Positions 1-14,100 of a stretch of DNA of 64,000 bases are shown piece after piece. Location of the stretch: the NCBI RefSeq assembly GCF_001194135.2, contig NC_068985.1:32603952-32667951 (forward strand), read 5' to 3'. The notes below the pieces were generated by a model. The model ran no database searches. It worked only from the letters and a program-made list of their open reading frames with translations, and was not told the DNA's origin. This DNA is from Octopus bimaculoides (Eukaryota). Within the stretch, counting starts at the first letter, position 1; every line of letters begins with the position of its first letter. The position numbers and the translations under genes are program-made.

Positions 1-203
1 AGAACTTTGAGACAAAAATTATGCAATAGAATTGATTAAGAACCCTTTCTTTAATTATGTTCCAAATATCACATTAATATGTTGATAAATAAAAAAGTTA
101 CAGGTGTTTAATGAGACTAGTCTAAATTCATGATTATTTTAGAATTTAATTGAAACTCATGAGGGGTGTATTTTGGTCAGAAATATAGTAACGAAAGGGT
201 TAA
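1..203. mobile_element. Partial TTAA-ended MITE (piggyBac-like terminus GAAAGGGTTAA)
   Basis: Ends gtaacgaaagggttaa; a related short copy at 13919-14023. Confidence 0.5.
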
Positions 204-447
204 GGGTGTATGGACATGGTTTTATTGAGAGTTCATTTTTACTGGCAGTATGGGGAAATAGCTGAAGATAAATTGTCAGTAGATAGGTAAATAGATCTAT
301 TTTGTAACAAGTAAGAAGCGACAGAACTCTGATCAAGGTTAAATAAATGCTAGGACTTGAGATTCACATATTATTAAAACTGACATATTAATGCTGGTTT
401 ATGATCAATTTGTTTTAATCTTTGTAACCTTTGTATTATTTCAACAG

Positions 448-568
448 ATCCAACTGCTGGTCCTTCTGCTAGTGAACAGACATCTTGGTGCTTGGATCCT
501 GATACACTGCATGAAAACATCAAAAAAACACTTGTGAAACATTGTCTCCCCACACCAATGGTTTTTAG
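448..568 (+). CDS. ZSWIM8: ZSWIM8 window exon 1 (DPTAGPSASEQTSWCLD...PMVFS)
   Basis: ttcaacag acceptor, AG|gtaagt donor, phase 1 to 2. Confidence 0.9.
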
Positions 569-3500
569 GTAAGTGCTTGTAATATTCTTCGAATATAGAA
601 TAATAGTTGTAAGCACATGCATATATATATAGGCTAGAATTGTATGTATTAAAAACAAGTTTGGAAAAATGAAGAAATATATTGAGAAATGAAATCCACA
701 TTTTCTGTTTCCACTGAATATATTATAAATTAAGTTACCATGCAAAACCTTAACCAACTTCATGCTTTATTTATAATTCGATTTATAAACCAATATTATT
801 GCTTTTCTCTAGTTTTATAGTCATCATTTTCATTTCCACCTCTTTTTGTATTCATTCCACCCATATTTCTATTCATCCCTCACTCTTTCCACACACTTTT
901 GCAACATTTATCTACCCTTCCTGATTCTTTTACTCACCTTCTTGATCGGTTACCTTGGCGGTATACCCTTGCTCCTTCATGCCATCACCTTTATCTCTTT
1001 CAATACCCATTTCTTCTACCAGTATATAATGTGAGGTAGCCTCAAATCTCCTCCTATTTAACCCACCTCACTGTCCTCATTTACTTTCACTTACACTCAA
1101 ACACTACTCTTTTTTCTTCTTTTCTATTACTCTCTTCCCTAACACTGTCCCTGTTAGTTTCTCCAATACTATCCTCTCACAACAATATATCTTGTTCCTT
1201 TTGTCATACTTTAACTCCTTAGCACCTAACCTAAAGTTCCAGTCTCCTATTTTCTTGCTCATTTGTGGAAGCCCTTTAATCTTCTGAATTATAAGGCAAC
1301 CTCATTAGCACTGGTGCCATGAAAAAAAGCATTGAGTACACTTTGAAAAGTGATTGGTAAATCAAGCAATGCAACAGTGACACTTGTTTACAACATACAA
1401 ACACACGTACACATACTCACATATATACATTAGGAGTCTTTCAGTTTCTGTCAACAAATCCACTCACAAGGCTTTGGTTGGCTAGGTTTATATGAGAAGA
1501 CACATGCCCAAGGTGTCACATAGTTGGACTGAACCTGAAACCATGTAGTTGGGAAGTGAATTTCTTAACCATGCAGCTGTGTCTGCACCTATTGTCTCTT
1601 AGCTTCACTTTCATAGTATTTATAAGATGTGAAAATTGCATTTAACAAAATTTTTGTGTTGAATTTGGGGTTGAAAAACGGTTAATACTCTATTTTTTTA
1701 TCTATATTTCAGTGATGTGAACTACTTGTCTTCATCAGCACCACCAGCTGCTGCAGAATGGCAGAGCTTATTGAGACCATTACGTGGTCGAGAACCTGAA
1801 GGTATGTGGAATTTACTTTCCATAGTACGCGAGATGTTCCGTCGCAGTGACAATAACGCCGTCCCACTTCTTGAGATACTCACAGATGAAGTTCTACAAT
1901 GTGAACAGGTAAGTTAAGGAAGGGTTTTTATTTTTTGTTTTTTTCTTAATTTGTTTTGTGTCTGTGATACCAAATCTTCTTGGTTACTCATATAATTTAG
2001 TCTTATGTACATTTTTTTTTCTACTGTTTTGAAAATAAAGAGTAAAAGTGGATGAAAGTATCATTTTATTGATTTTACCGTAGCCTTTTTAATATCAACC
2101 TACCTTTTTCTAGATTTTAGTTTGGTGGTTTGCAACCAAAATGTCCAGTTCTCACAGTGGTAACAGTAACCATGTGAATCGCTGCAACAGCAACAGTAGT
2201 GCAAATGCTTCCCAACACGCAGCAGCCAGTTTCTGTGATGAAATAGTCACACTATGGCGACTGGCTGCTCTAAACCCAAAACTGTCACCTATCCAACGAG
2301 ACGATCTATGCACTAAATTCCGAGATTGGCATATATCCACAATTGACAAAGTCAAAAAAATTCGTGGTTCAAGCTTTGGCATACCAGTTAGCCTGAAGAA
2401 GACTGATATTGAAAATTTCTGTGGGTTTAAACCAGCAGTTGAGGCTTGTTCATTGGACTGGGAAGAATACAATATTCCTGGTAGGTTTTTTATAATAATT
2501 TCTTTCTTTCAGAAGTTCATTTGATGTTTAAAATTAGTATATATTATATTCCAGCAAATTAAAGTTGTTTCACTGCTTGAATTTATTGTTATATGAATAA
2601 ATTCAAAGTGGTTGGCATTATGAAGGGCATCCAGTCATAGAAATCATACCAAATTAGACTGGAGTCTGGTGTAGCCCCTTAGCTTACCAGCTTTGGTCAA
2701 ACTGTCGAACCCATGCCAGCATGGACAATGGATGTTAAATGATGATGATGAATTAGGAATGTCTATTTGGCACATCCATAGAATTCTCTTATGTCTAGTT
2801 ATAAGTATTCCAAAGTTTCTTTTTGTTTTTTTTATCTTGTAACTTCTTATTCTTCTCATTATTATTATTAAGGCAGCGAGCTACCAGAATCGCTAGGACA
2901 CTGGACAAAATACTTAATAGTATTTCACCCATTGCTACATTCTGAGTTCAAATTCCGTCAAGGTCAATTTTGCCTTTCATCCTTTCAGAGTCGATAGAAT
3001 AAGTACCAGTGAAACGCTGGAGTTTATGTAATCAACAAGTCACCTCCTCCCCAAATTTCAAGCCTTATGCTTTTAGTAGAAAGAATTATTACTATCATTG
3101 TATGTATGGTGGCAAGCTGGCAGAATCGTTAGCATGCTGGGTGAAATGCTTAGCAGTATTTTGTCTGCCGCTATGTTCTGAATTCAGATTCCGTCAAGGT
3201 CGATTTTGCCTTTCATCCTTTCGGGGTCAATAAATTAAGCATCAGTTATGCACTGGGGTCAATGTAATCGACCTGTCCCCTCCCCCAAAATTTCAGGCTT
3301 TGTACCTATCATAGAAAGGATTATTATTATTGTATTTGTATTATATTTTTTTTTGTTTTGCGTTACGAACAGCCATATTACATGGCAGTGAAACATGGGC
3401 CGTGACTGCTGAGGACATGCGTAAGCTTGCAAGGAACAAAGCCAGTATGCTCCACTGGATGTGTAATGTCAGTGTACATACTCGACAGAGTATAAGTGCC

Positions 3501-4926
3501 TTGAGAGAAAAGTTGGACCTAAGAAGCATCAGATGTGGTGTGCAAGAGAGATGACTGCATTGGTATGGTCATGTGGTATGAATGGATGAGGATAGCTGTG
3601 TTAAATGTCACACCCTAGCGGTTGAGGGAAACTATGGAAGAGGTAGACCTAGGAAGACCTGGGATGAGGTGGTGAAGCACGACCTTCGAACTTTAGGCCT
3701 CACTGAGGCAATGACTAGTGACTGAGACCTTTGGAAATATGCTGTGCTTGAGAAAACCCAGCAAGCCAAGTGAGACCATAACCTGTGGCCTATGCCAGTA
3801 GTGTAACCAGCCCACTTAGGCGTACCTTTCTTTCATTGGACACTAAACTCTGCTTGTGAAGACCTGTTGAGACAAGTGAAATCGAAATCAAATTCGATGA
3901 CATCACCGCATGACTGGCATCCATGCTAGTGGAGCACTAAGAGCCCCATCCGAGCGTGATTGTTGCCAGGGCCACTGACTGGCCCCCATGCTGGTGGCGC
4001 ATAAAAAGCACCATTCGAGCGTGATCGTTACTAGTGTCGCCTTACTGGCACTTGTGCCAGTGGTACATGGAAAACAACATTCGAGCGAGGGCGTTGCCAG
4101 TGCTGCTGGACTGGCTCCTGTGCAGGCGACACGTAAAAACACCATTTGAGTGTGGCCTTTGCCAGTACCGCCTGACTGGTCCTCGTGCCGGTGGCACATA
4201 AAAGCATCCACTACACTATCGGAGTGGTTGGCGTTAGAAAGGGCATCCAGCTGTAGAAACTCTGCCAGATCAGATTGGAGCCTGGTGCAGCCATCTGGCT
4301 CATTAGTTCCCAGTCAAACTGTCCAACCCATGCCAGCATAGAAAGCAGACGTTAAACGATGATGATGATGTTAGTTTCATCTAAATTGTATGTATTAGCT
4401 TTGTCTAAATATTTTTAATTTTTAAATCTCATAATAGGCTGGATCCATTAAAGTATTTCAGCATTACACATATTTCTTATAATGTAAAATGTGTCCAACT
4501 CATGCTTACAAGCTTGAAAAACAGGATTTTAAAATTATGGTAGATATGATAGGTACTGGCCCTTGTGCTGGTGGCACGTAAAAGCCCCCACTACACTCTC
4601 GGAGTGGTTGGCGTTAGGAAGGACATCCAGCTGTAGAAACTCTGCCAGATCTCAGTCAAATCGTTCAACACATGCTAGCATGGAAAGCAGACGTTAAACG
4701 ATGATTATGATGATGATGATGAATTGTATATATTTTTTAATTAATTGGCATGACTTGCTGCAGGCATAGCTGTGTGGTTTGAAAAGTTTGCTTCCCAACA
4801 ATACTATTTCGAGTTCAGTCCTACCACTTGGTTCCATGGGCAAGTATCTTCTACTATAGTCCCCTAGGAAACCAAAGCTTTGTAAGTGGATTTGGTAAAT
4901 GGAAACTGAAAGAAGCCTGTTGTGTG

Positions 4927-4967
<41 letters not shown>

Positions 4968-7900
4968 GTGTGTGTGTTTGTGTCTCTTTGTGTTGGCATC
5001 ATGTGATATTTTTAAATAATGGGAGTTGTAATGTCACAATCATTTAAGCAATGTCATTCCTTACCAATATACTGTGAAAACAATTCTGGCAATGGGGGAA
5101 ATTATTACACTGCTTAGAAATGTGTGAAGGTTGACAACAGGGACAATATCCAGTTGTAGAAAGTCTTCTTCAGTAAACTCTGTCCAACCAATTTAAGTGA
5201 ACATGAAAACAATGATGATGATGTACATTTATTTTAAAGTTTCTTGCTGTTGGTGGTCTAGTGGAAATAACTAAACGTTCAGTTTCATAACAGTAGTGCC
5301 TCATGTTGTTAACAATTAGTATTATACAATTCTGGTTGTTATATTTCTATTACAATGCTAATACTACTCATTCTGTTTACCAAAATTTATTCCACACCAT
5401 AATAATCATGACATATTTTTGCTGCACTCTTGTTTTTTCAATGTATTTATACAAAAGCAGGGGATAAACAAGTACATCATTTTTCTATATAGTCTCCTTC
5501 CTTTTCAATGCACCTGGTCCAGCACTCCGATAGTGTAGTGGGTGCTTTTATGTGCCACCGGCACGAGGACCAGTCAGGCGGTACTGGCAAAGGCCACACT
5601 CAAATGGTGTTTTTACGTGTCGCCTGCACAGGAGCCAGTCCAGCAGCACTGGCAACGCCCTCGCTCAAAGAAGAAGGTTTTCAGCTGGTCGTGCAACCAT
5701 TTATGCACCGCTTTCTTCACATCTTCATCTGTAGGAAATCAATGACCTTGTAAACCGTCTTTGATCAGTCCAAAAATATGATAGTCAAAAGGGGCAAGAT
5801 CTGAACTATAGGCAGGGTGTTCCAGCACTTCAAAACCCAATTGGTTAATGGTTTAAACAGTCTAGGCAGCCGTGTGGACGTGCATTGTCATGCATCAACA
5901 AAACTTCGACAATAGGCTTCGGTGTTTTGTGCAAGTTGCTGGCTTCAGTTTTTTGAGTCCCCAAAAAGGGTGTCACCTTTCCCGCAGATGACTGAGTCTT
6001 GAATTTCTTCATTGCTGGTGAAGATGTTTCCACTCCATACTCTGTCTTTTGGATTCTGCCTAATAATGATGGGCCCACGTTTCATCTCCTATGACTATTC
6101 TTCTCAAAAATTCCTTACCCCTATTGTTGTAGAGATCAAGTAAACGGTAGACCTCAAGACGTTTGCACTTGTGCTCTGCAGTAAGCTCCCTTGGCACCCA
6201 TCTTGCACAGACTTCATAGAAACCGAGGTCATCATGGCTGATTTGATGCACAGAATCCTGATTAATCTGCAGAGAACGAGCTACCTCGTTGATAACTCGC
6301 TGGTTCACCATTACCATCTCTCAAGTTCACTGAATCTTCTCATCAGTGGTGGAGATTGATGGGCATCCTGCTCTCTCTTCATATGTCACACTTGTCCAGC
6401 CACTATTAAACTTCTTAATCCACTCATACACACTTCTGTTTGGTAGTGCACTGTTCTCATATTGTGTTAAAAGCTTCCAATGAATCTCAGCACTTGACAC
6501 ATCTGACCAGAGAAATCAGATCACTGCTCTTTGTTCGTTGGTGCACATTGCTAGTGGAGCGGTCATGCTTACACTGTAAAGCCAGAAAAAAAAAAAGGTG
6601 CGATCAGGTACAAACTTTGATCACATGACCACAATAGTGCCAACTATAAGCATGCATGTGTAGAAGGCAATGTGACGACAATAAAGATATGTTATGGCAA
6701 AAGTGTGGATAATTTTTGACTTCCCCTCATAGAAATGGGTGATACTGTATACACAAAAGTATGTCACGAAAAATGTGTGTTTTGTTATTGTTTAGTTCAG
6801 TAGATAATGTGTTTATTGTAAAACAGTGTAATGTTAATTGTTTTGTGTTGTTGTTTTTATCTTGTTACAGGTATAACGTACTCAGAAGGTCTTGGCACTC
6901 AATATCACATTAGTCGCATCCAAGAAACAGAGACTAAAAAATTATCTCGAGTACAGACTGTTGCAGTTTGTTCACAAGATCTCATCAGTTCAGATTCTTC
7001 AACACGCTGCACCCATCCAGCAATGAATTTTGACCCAACAACTGGCACAGACCTCAGGGAACCTCATTACTTTTTCAAAAGCATTCCAGGCCCTGGTTTG
7101 ATGTCTTTTGATGTTGGCAACATGGATTCTGTTTTGAGTTCTGGTTCTGAGGGATTTTGTGAACCAGATAAATCAGACACTGAAACAACTAGGAACTCGA
7201 GTAGCAGCAATGGAAAGAACAAAGTTACACACCAAGAGAGTATCGATAACTCTGAGTATAGAGGTAACTGTCAAAACTATAAAGACAAGAACTTAGTTGA
7301 CTCTGTAAAATTTTCTGTGGTTGTGTCGGATACAAATGGTGACTCAGATGCCTCACTTCCAGGGACATCTGGCTGCCAAAATGGAGCTAAGACTTCTGCA
7401 CATTCTGAGCAAGGAGGAGAATCACCGCGCTTAGAGCCCAGTCTGTCTGCAGAGTCCCAGCCATCAAGTGATGAATACCAGTTGTATTTTTATGATACTA
7501 AAGTGTTGGTTAAATCATCAGAGTCTGAGAAAAAGAAAAAAGACAAAACTGAGGAACCAAATTACTTCTTTGGTCTAAAGACTAGCTACAGCAAACAAGA
7601 TGTAAGTATCATTCAGTTAAAAAATTAATTTTTCGTATAATTTCATTCTAAAATTAGTTAATATTTTTAAATGAGCTTGAACTCCAATCTTTACTCTTTG
7701 TATTAAAAATAAGTTTAAGTTTGTAACTTTTTATTGGTTACACATTGAATTCAGCATGTTTTAACCCCTTAGCATTCAAACCAGCCTTCTTCAGCCCAAA
7801 TATTCTACCTGTTTTATGTTAAAACCAGCAAGATGCACCATCACACACCTACACTACATTGCCATTCTAAAAGGAAACAGTCACATCATTGAAATCTTGA

Positions 7901-8060
7901 ACTTATGACACAGGGCACGATTAATTTAAAACAAAGTGAACAAATAGGCATTACATTTGATAGGGTAATCTGAATGCTAAAGCTGTTAAGATGCAGTTTA
8001 AGAAATTTGTGTAGTTAAAATATATGAATTATATAAATGGTACAAAACTTCATTTTTCTT

Positions 8061-8120
<60 letters not shown>

Positions 8121-11100
8121 CGTATAAACTAAATTTTGTATTTCTTGAGTATAATTCTGAAATATATAAACTAAATTCAGATCTGATTGTGAGTGTTTCA
8201 AACTGTCATTGCAGATTTGGTTTGCACGTGCTGAAGCATTACATACGCATGGACATAATAAAGAAGCATGTAAATTAGCGCAAAAATTAGCTGAAGAAAT
8301 TCTTGCAAATCCTCCAGATTTCTTAGCTGAGGCTAACACAGTATCAGCTCCTAAAGGTACTTATTATCTATGTTATTTAATTCTAAATTGAGATATTGTG
8401 GCTTTTCCCTTTTTTTCATAAGCTAATTTGTTTGTCCTTCTCTTTCAGGAAAGAAGAAGAAGCTGCAAAATAGTGTTAGTCTGTTAGCTAGTCAAACTCT
8501 TGCAAAAGCTGCATTCTTGTGTAATGTGCTCTCTGAAGACCCTGACTGTTATCCATTAGCCTTCAACATTGCTATGTTTGGCTTAGAAATGCCTCGGCCT
8601 CCTGCATCTAACAAAGTTTTGGAGGTATGATATTCATGCTACGTTTTTGTTGTTGCTGAGTTTGTTTTGTTTTTTTTTGCTTTTTTTTCTCTAATCTTCA
8701 ACTTTTTCTGTTTATGCAATGAATTGTTCTAGAGTGATACAATATGTACCAATTTCAAGTGCAAAAAAGTCACAAACTGAGTTAATTGTTAACTGGGAGA
8801 CTAAGGGATGATTTGATCTCCCCCAGTTAACACTATAAAATATAAATTTAAATGAACAATGAAATACAAGATTATTTTCAATCTGGCCTTCCATATACTT
8901 TCAACACTCTAATGTGTCTTTGGTCTCATAAAATTTAGGGAATCTTCCATTAGATAATCCTCACAATTGAATCTCTGGATCTCTTTGAGAATTCATACTA
9001 AACATTAACAGGCTTAATCCCACACTGTTTTTTTTTTTTAATCCACCATTAAAGAAAAGTGTGCAGAAATAATCTTTCTATAATTTGTTGAAAGGGTTAG
9101 GTAGAATTTCTCTTGTACATATAGTTATTGAACTATATCCATTTTATTCTTATAACATGATAAAAACAAATTTTAAACATGATGTAAAAAGAACTACAAT
9201 CATTCTTTTCTCTGCATGCATTTTTAAGAAGACTGTATTTATCTCAAATCACTTACAGAAATTACTTATATTCAATCAAATCAACAAGGGAATTTGTAAT
9301 GGGTCACTCAATCTACCAGAAATGACAGTCAAATCTTCCTCAAACCACAGCCTATTATCTTCTAAAAGGACAAATCAAATAATGTTGTCTGGAATACACT
9401 ATTCCTGAAAATAAATGATCTTCTTTCAAAATGATTACTAACAAAATAAACACTTAGTATTCCTTACTAATAGCCATTAATCTAAGATTTGCTATGAGAA
9501 CACTGCATATTGAAGTAAACTAGTGAAAATAATATGGTCACTATAGAAAACAGCAACAATAATGAAAATGAGATATTTATGTATTTCAGGTAAAATTAGC
9601 CTACCAGGAGTCTGAATTATTGACTTTATTGAAGAAGATACCACTGGGTCAATCAGAACTGAATATTTTGAGGGAGAAAGCAGAGCAGCTTCGGGATGGC
9701 AAATTACAATCACGAGGTGAAGCCCTCCTGCCTCTCACTTTGGCTAGTTTTATATTTGACCTCTTCTGTATGCCAGGTAAGCTCTTTACACAGCTTGATG
9801 TTTGTACTCTACAAAATGTTTTTGAATTAACAAAAGATAATGCAGTAACATCTCCAGTCAAAACTGATTCTTCCAAAAGACACAATGCATTTTACTGTTT
9901 TTCTTTCTCTTTTCAACAGCAAGTCCAGCTTGTGGTAACAATGGCAAATCACCTAACAGGTCACAAAGTCAAGTACTAACAAAATTACCATCATATGAAA
10001 AACTTGGATTTGAGGCTGCTGTTGCTGCTCTTGGTATGTTTTGCCTGATAGAAAAATTTGTTTTGCTAGATTTCATTTCAAATTAATGCTTTTATCATAG
10101 TGTCAGAAATTACTGCAAAATTAACTTTTTTTCATTCTTTTAAACATACATTTTTAACTATTGAATGCTGCATGACTTTACATTATAAATTTTTATTTTA
10201 ATCAAAAAATTTCTACAATGCTAATTTGCAAAGGGTTTTCATATGGTTCACAGTATAAAGAAAATGCTTTATAATATCTAATTCAAATTCCTATTTCTTT
10301 ATTCAAATCCAGTCTTGTTTGACTTAATCAATTTCATCCAGCTCTTATTGAGCACTAAGTTCTGATAAAATATACCAGAACTAAAAAGAAGTTTTAACTC
10401 TAGGAAGAAGTGAATAGGAGCTTAAATCAATTCACTATGACTTCTTTTTGACCACTTTTTAATTTTGTACATAGGTTTGAAAGCCAATGTTTCAGAAGCA
10501 GAACATCCTCTTCTGTGTGAAGGGACTCGTAGACAGCGTGGAGATTTAGCTATTACAATGCTTGTTCATTACAAGGATGACCAGGCAAAGTTGAGTAAGG
10601 TAAGATTTTTGTGCCATTAGAAAATCAAAATATTGAAGTTTGTATGTGTGTTCACATGTGTATTTAACTTTTAGAATAATAATACATTACCATAGCAGCA
10701 CTTTCAGAATGTTTTGGTGGATACCTAATATCAAGATTAAAGTATTTCATGGCTTTACATCCTCTAGAAATGAGCTTGCCAGGTACAATTGTGTTTGATT
10801 TTTATGTTTTTATATTTAAAGACTTATAGAAATTGTATGTTTTTGAGAATCAAAAATTTTACATGTTTTAGGATATGTGTTTTACATACCCTCTAAGCAA
10901 AGGTGTGATAATTATCAATTCACTGTGTAAACTAGGTATAGGTTAATTTATAATTAGTTTTCTCTATATTTAAAATTTTGAAGAATAATAGTGAAGACTA
11001 ACAATTATTTTTTTGGATTTGACTTGCAGATTATTGACAAATTACTTGACAAAGAAGTTCATCAAATGTATAAAGCCCCCAGTTTGTCAACTTATTTATC

Positions 11101-14100
11101 CAATAAATCTGGTAGCCATCAGTCATCATCAACAACTGGAAGTACTGAAGCTGGGGCTAAACGCACCAAATTTGGTTCTTGCAGTGATCCCAACACTACC
11201 AGTAGTAAATCATCTTCAACTCAACACTCATCAACATCATCATCATCATCAAGTCAACAGCATGTAAAAGAAGATGGCAGCAGTACAACAACTGTTACGG
11301 CAGCTGCAGTCTCCACTACAAACACCATCAGCAGTCACTCAGCTTCTTCTGCTGGACGGCTTGATTTACCTCAATCAGGCATGCTTATGGGTTCATCGGG
11401 TTCTGTGGGCGGTGATCCCGATCAGAGTGGATGGCAAAATTCTCCAGCACAGAGACTTGACTATCTCAACCTTGAACAAGGACAAGCAACAAGCAATCAT
11501 AGTACAGGTGCCCGACCAAAAACCATGTATTCTCTTAAATATAACAGGTAAAATGTTTACTTATATGATGAGAATTTATTCTGAATTCTTTGAAATGTAT
11601 TTGACAAGAAATTTGTTTTGAAATTACATCTTGAAACTTGTCTATTTTGGGAGAATCATTTTTGTGTTATATTTAAAAAAAATTTTTTCCTTTTAATTCG
11701 CTGAAATTTCCATCTTAATTGAAAAAAACAAAAACTTAGATACAGATCATATGCCCACAAGCATATGGCGTAGTGGTTACTGCTGAAATTTTCATTTTCT
11801 TATGGTTAAATTAAATTCTCTCTCTTTCTGTCTGCTTTAGTGGCAAAGATACTGACAGTTCAGCTTTGGAAGAAGATGGAGATGATTTGAAAGCACTTGA
11901 GGCTCGTATACGCTGTATGACTTTAAGGAAGAAACCATCACAAGGTATGAATTTGATATGTGCATTAGGGTGCTATAAGGTGTGTTTGTAACCTATAACT
12001 TGAGAGTGCTTATTCAACTCATTTTACTCCTTAACTTTTTACCATAATGCCTGTAACTATCTGTGGTTGTATGTTGCAAAAGAATCCACATGCTCTCTCT
12101 TCGTATCTTTGTTTTATCATATTCAATATCTCAATTTTCTTTGATACACTGTTTTGCAATCCTGAATACTTCATCCCTCTGGTCCTCATACTGTGGCACA
12201 TGAGTCAGTATAGATTTGCTCTATTTGTGTTTGAGTTGGAGGTGCTGATATAAGGCATACAGAAGGATTTACCCTGGACTTGCTGTATACAGATTATCTG
12301 GTATTTATTGCAGGAAGTATGGATGGTTTGATGAATGAGAACCCTGGCATGGGTTGGACTGTTTGACCAGAACTGGCAGACAGGAGAGCTGCACCAGGCT
12401 CCTGTCTGATTTGCCTTGGTTTCTATAGCTGGATGGCCTTCCTAACACCAACCATTTTACAGCATGTTCTGGGTGCTTTTATGTGGAACTGGCACAGGGC
12501 TCTTGCAGGTCAATCACCTTCATCAGTAAGAGCAGCATTAACACTTCTGCTGTGGAGGACAGATCTTGAGTACAGCAAGTCATTAGATATGTTGGTCCTT
12601 TGTCATCTCTATAAGGATCAGTGTCCTGAGGTTGTCCTTCAGTACTTTGTCCCGTGTCTTCCTTGGATCTCCCTCTGCCACAAGTTCCATCCACTTTGCA
12701 TGATCAGCTCTTTTTTTGTGGAGCTATCAACATCTATCCATGTTACATGGCCAAACTAGCACAATCTGCTCTCTTGCATATTCCATCTAATTCCTCTTAT
12801 GCCTAACTTTTCTCTCAGCACACTAGCACTCTGTCACACATGTACACTTACACTGCACATCCAGTGGAGTACACTAGCCTTTGAAGGAATGTATAACTGC
12901 AAAAAGTACTGAGGTGAATATTGAAAAAACAAGGTAAAGGCAAATGGTAAGGTGGACAGACCAGCGAAGTGATAGTGTGCAGAAAAGGTGTTGAAAAAAC
13001 TCCATTCAATGTACAATATGTGCTGGGCTGGTTCATCAAAAATGTAGTGGATTTGAGAAGGTTATTAACTGACATGGCAGCTACACATTAGTATAAAGTG
13101 TGTATGGAGGAAATTGCAGATGAAGAGAATGTTGAAATTGATCTAGGAAATGGCATGAAGATGGAAGTTGTGAAAACATTTAGTGACTAGAAGATATACT
13201 GAATAAAGAAGCTGGATTAGACTCCACAGTGCTGGTGAAACTGAGAGCCACATGGAGAGGTTTAGGGAACTGAATGGTGTGCTAATGAGGAGGAGGGGAG
13301 TATCACTGAAACTGAAGGGCAAGACGTGTGCTGCATGTGTGAAAGTGCTATGAGATAAGACTTTTGGTGGCCTGCAAGGCTAACCCCTGTTTTTGCAGGG
13401 AAATGATGTCAATCTTCTTATATTGTACTCTTTTTGAAAAATAGAAAGAAGTATATGAGCTTCAGATTTAGTAATAGAAACTCTGAGTTTGAATGCCACA
13501 AGCATAACACATGGCAAACTTAACACTAGATTATTTCCAATAATGATGAATAGCTATTTTGAAAGCAATGATTTTCAAATGAAGAATGGAGAAAACTTAT
13601 AAAAATATTTATCTTCCAAAATCTTTGGCAGCAAGCAAGCAAGCTCAGTCTGTCCTCGTCATACTCATTGATTATTTTGTAGTTTTTTTTCCAATTCAAG
13701 TGTTCCTCATAATAACTTTGGAAACTTATTGCTTTACAAAATATAAACAAAGGAAAAAAGGGGACAAACTGAATGCGATTAGGGTATTTTTATTGTAAAA
13801 ATAATGATAAATATAATTTAGTATGCTACATAACATAATACTAGTTTATAACTCATTTTGTATGGTGATATATACAAAATTTGAATAACTTTATGCATTC
13901 CCCTAATTTTATTTGCACTTAACCTTTTCTTGCATGCCAAACATTATAATTATATTAAACGAGAAAAACTTAATTATAACACAAAGGTGTATTTTAGTTC
14001 AAATATAGTGACAAAAAGGTTAATGCCTTCTTGGAAAGAGAGTAACTTTGAAAATAATGCCTATGGAAACTGAAATAAATCAAGCTCTCTCTTCATTTCA

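Noticed and set aside
8787-8832. Intronic hairpin TGTTAACTGGG...CCCAGTTAACA
   Set aside because: 11-bp stem only, too short for a pre-miRNA, and no snoRNA boxes.
9310-9410. Antisense exon-like segment in ZSWIM8 intron 6
   Set aside because: Stops in all three frames.
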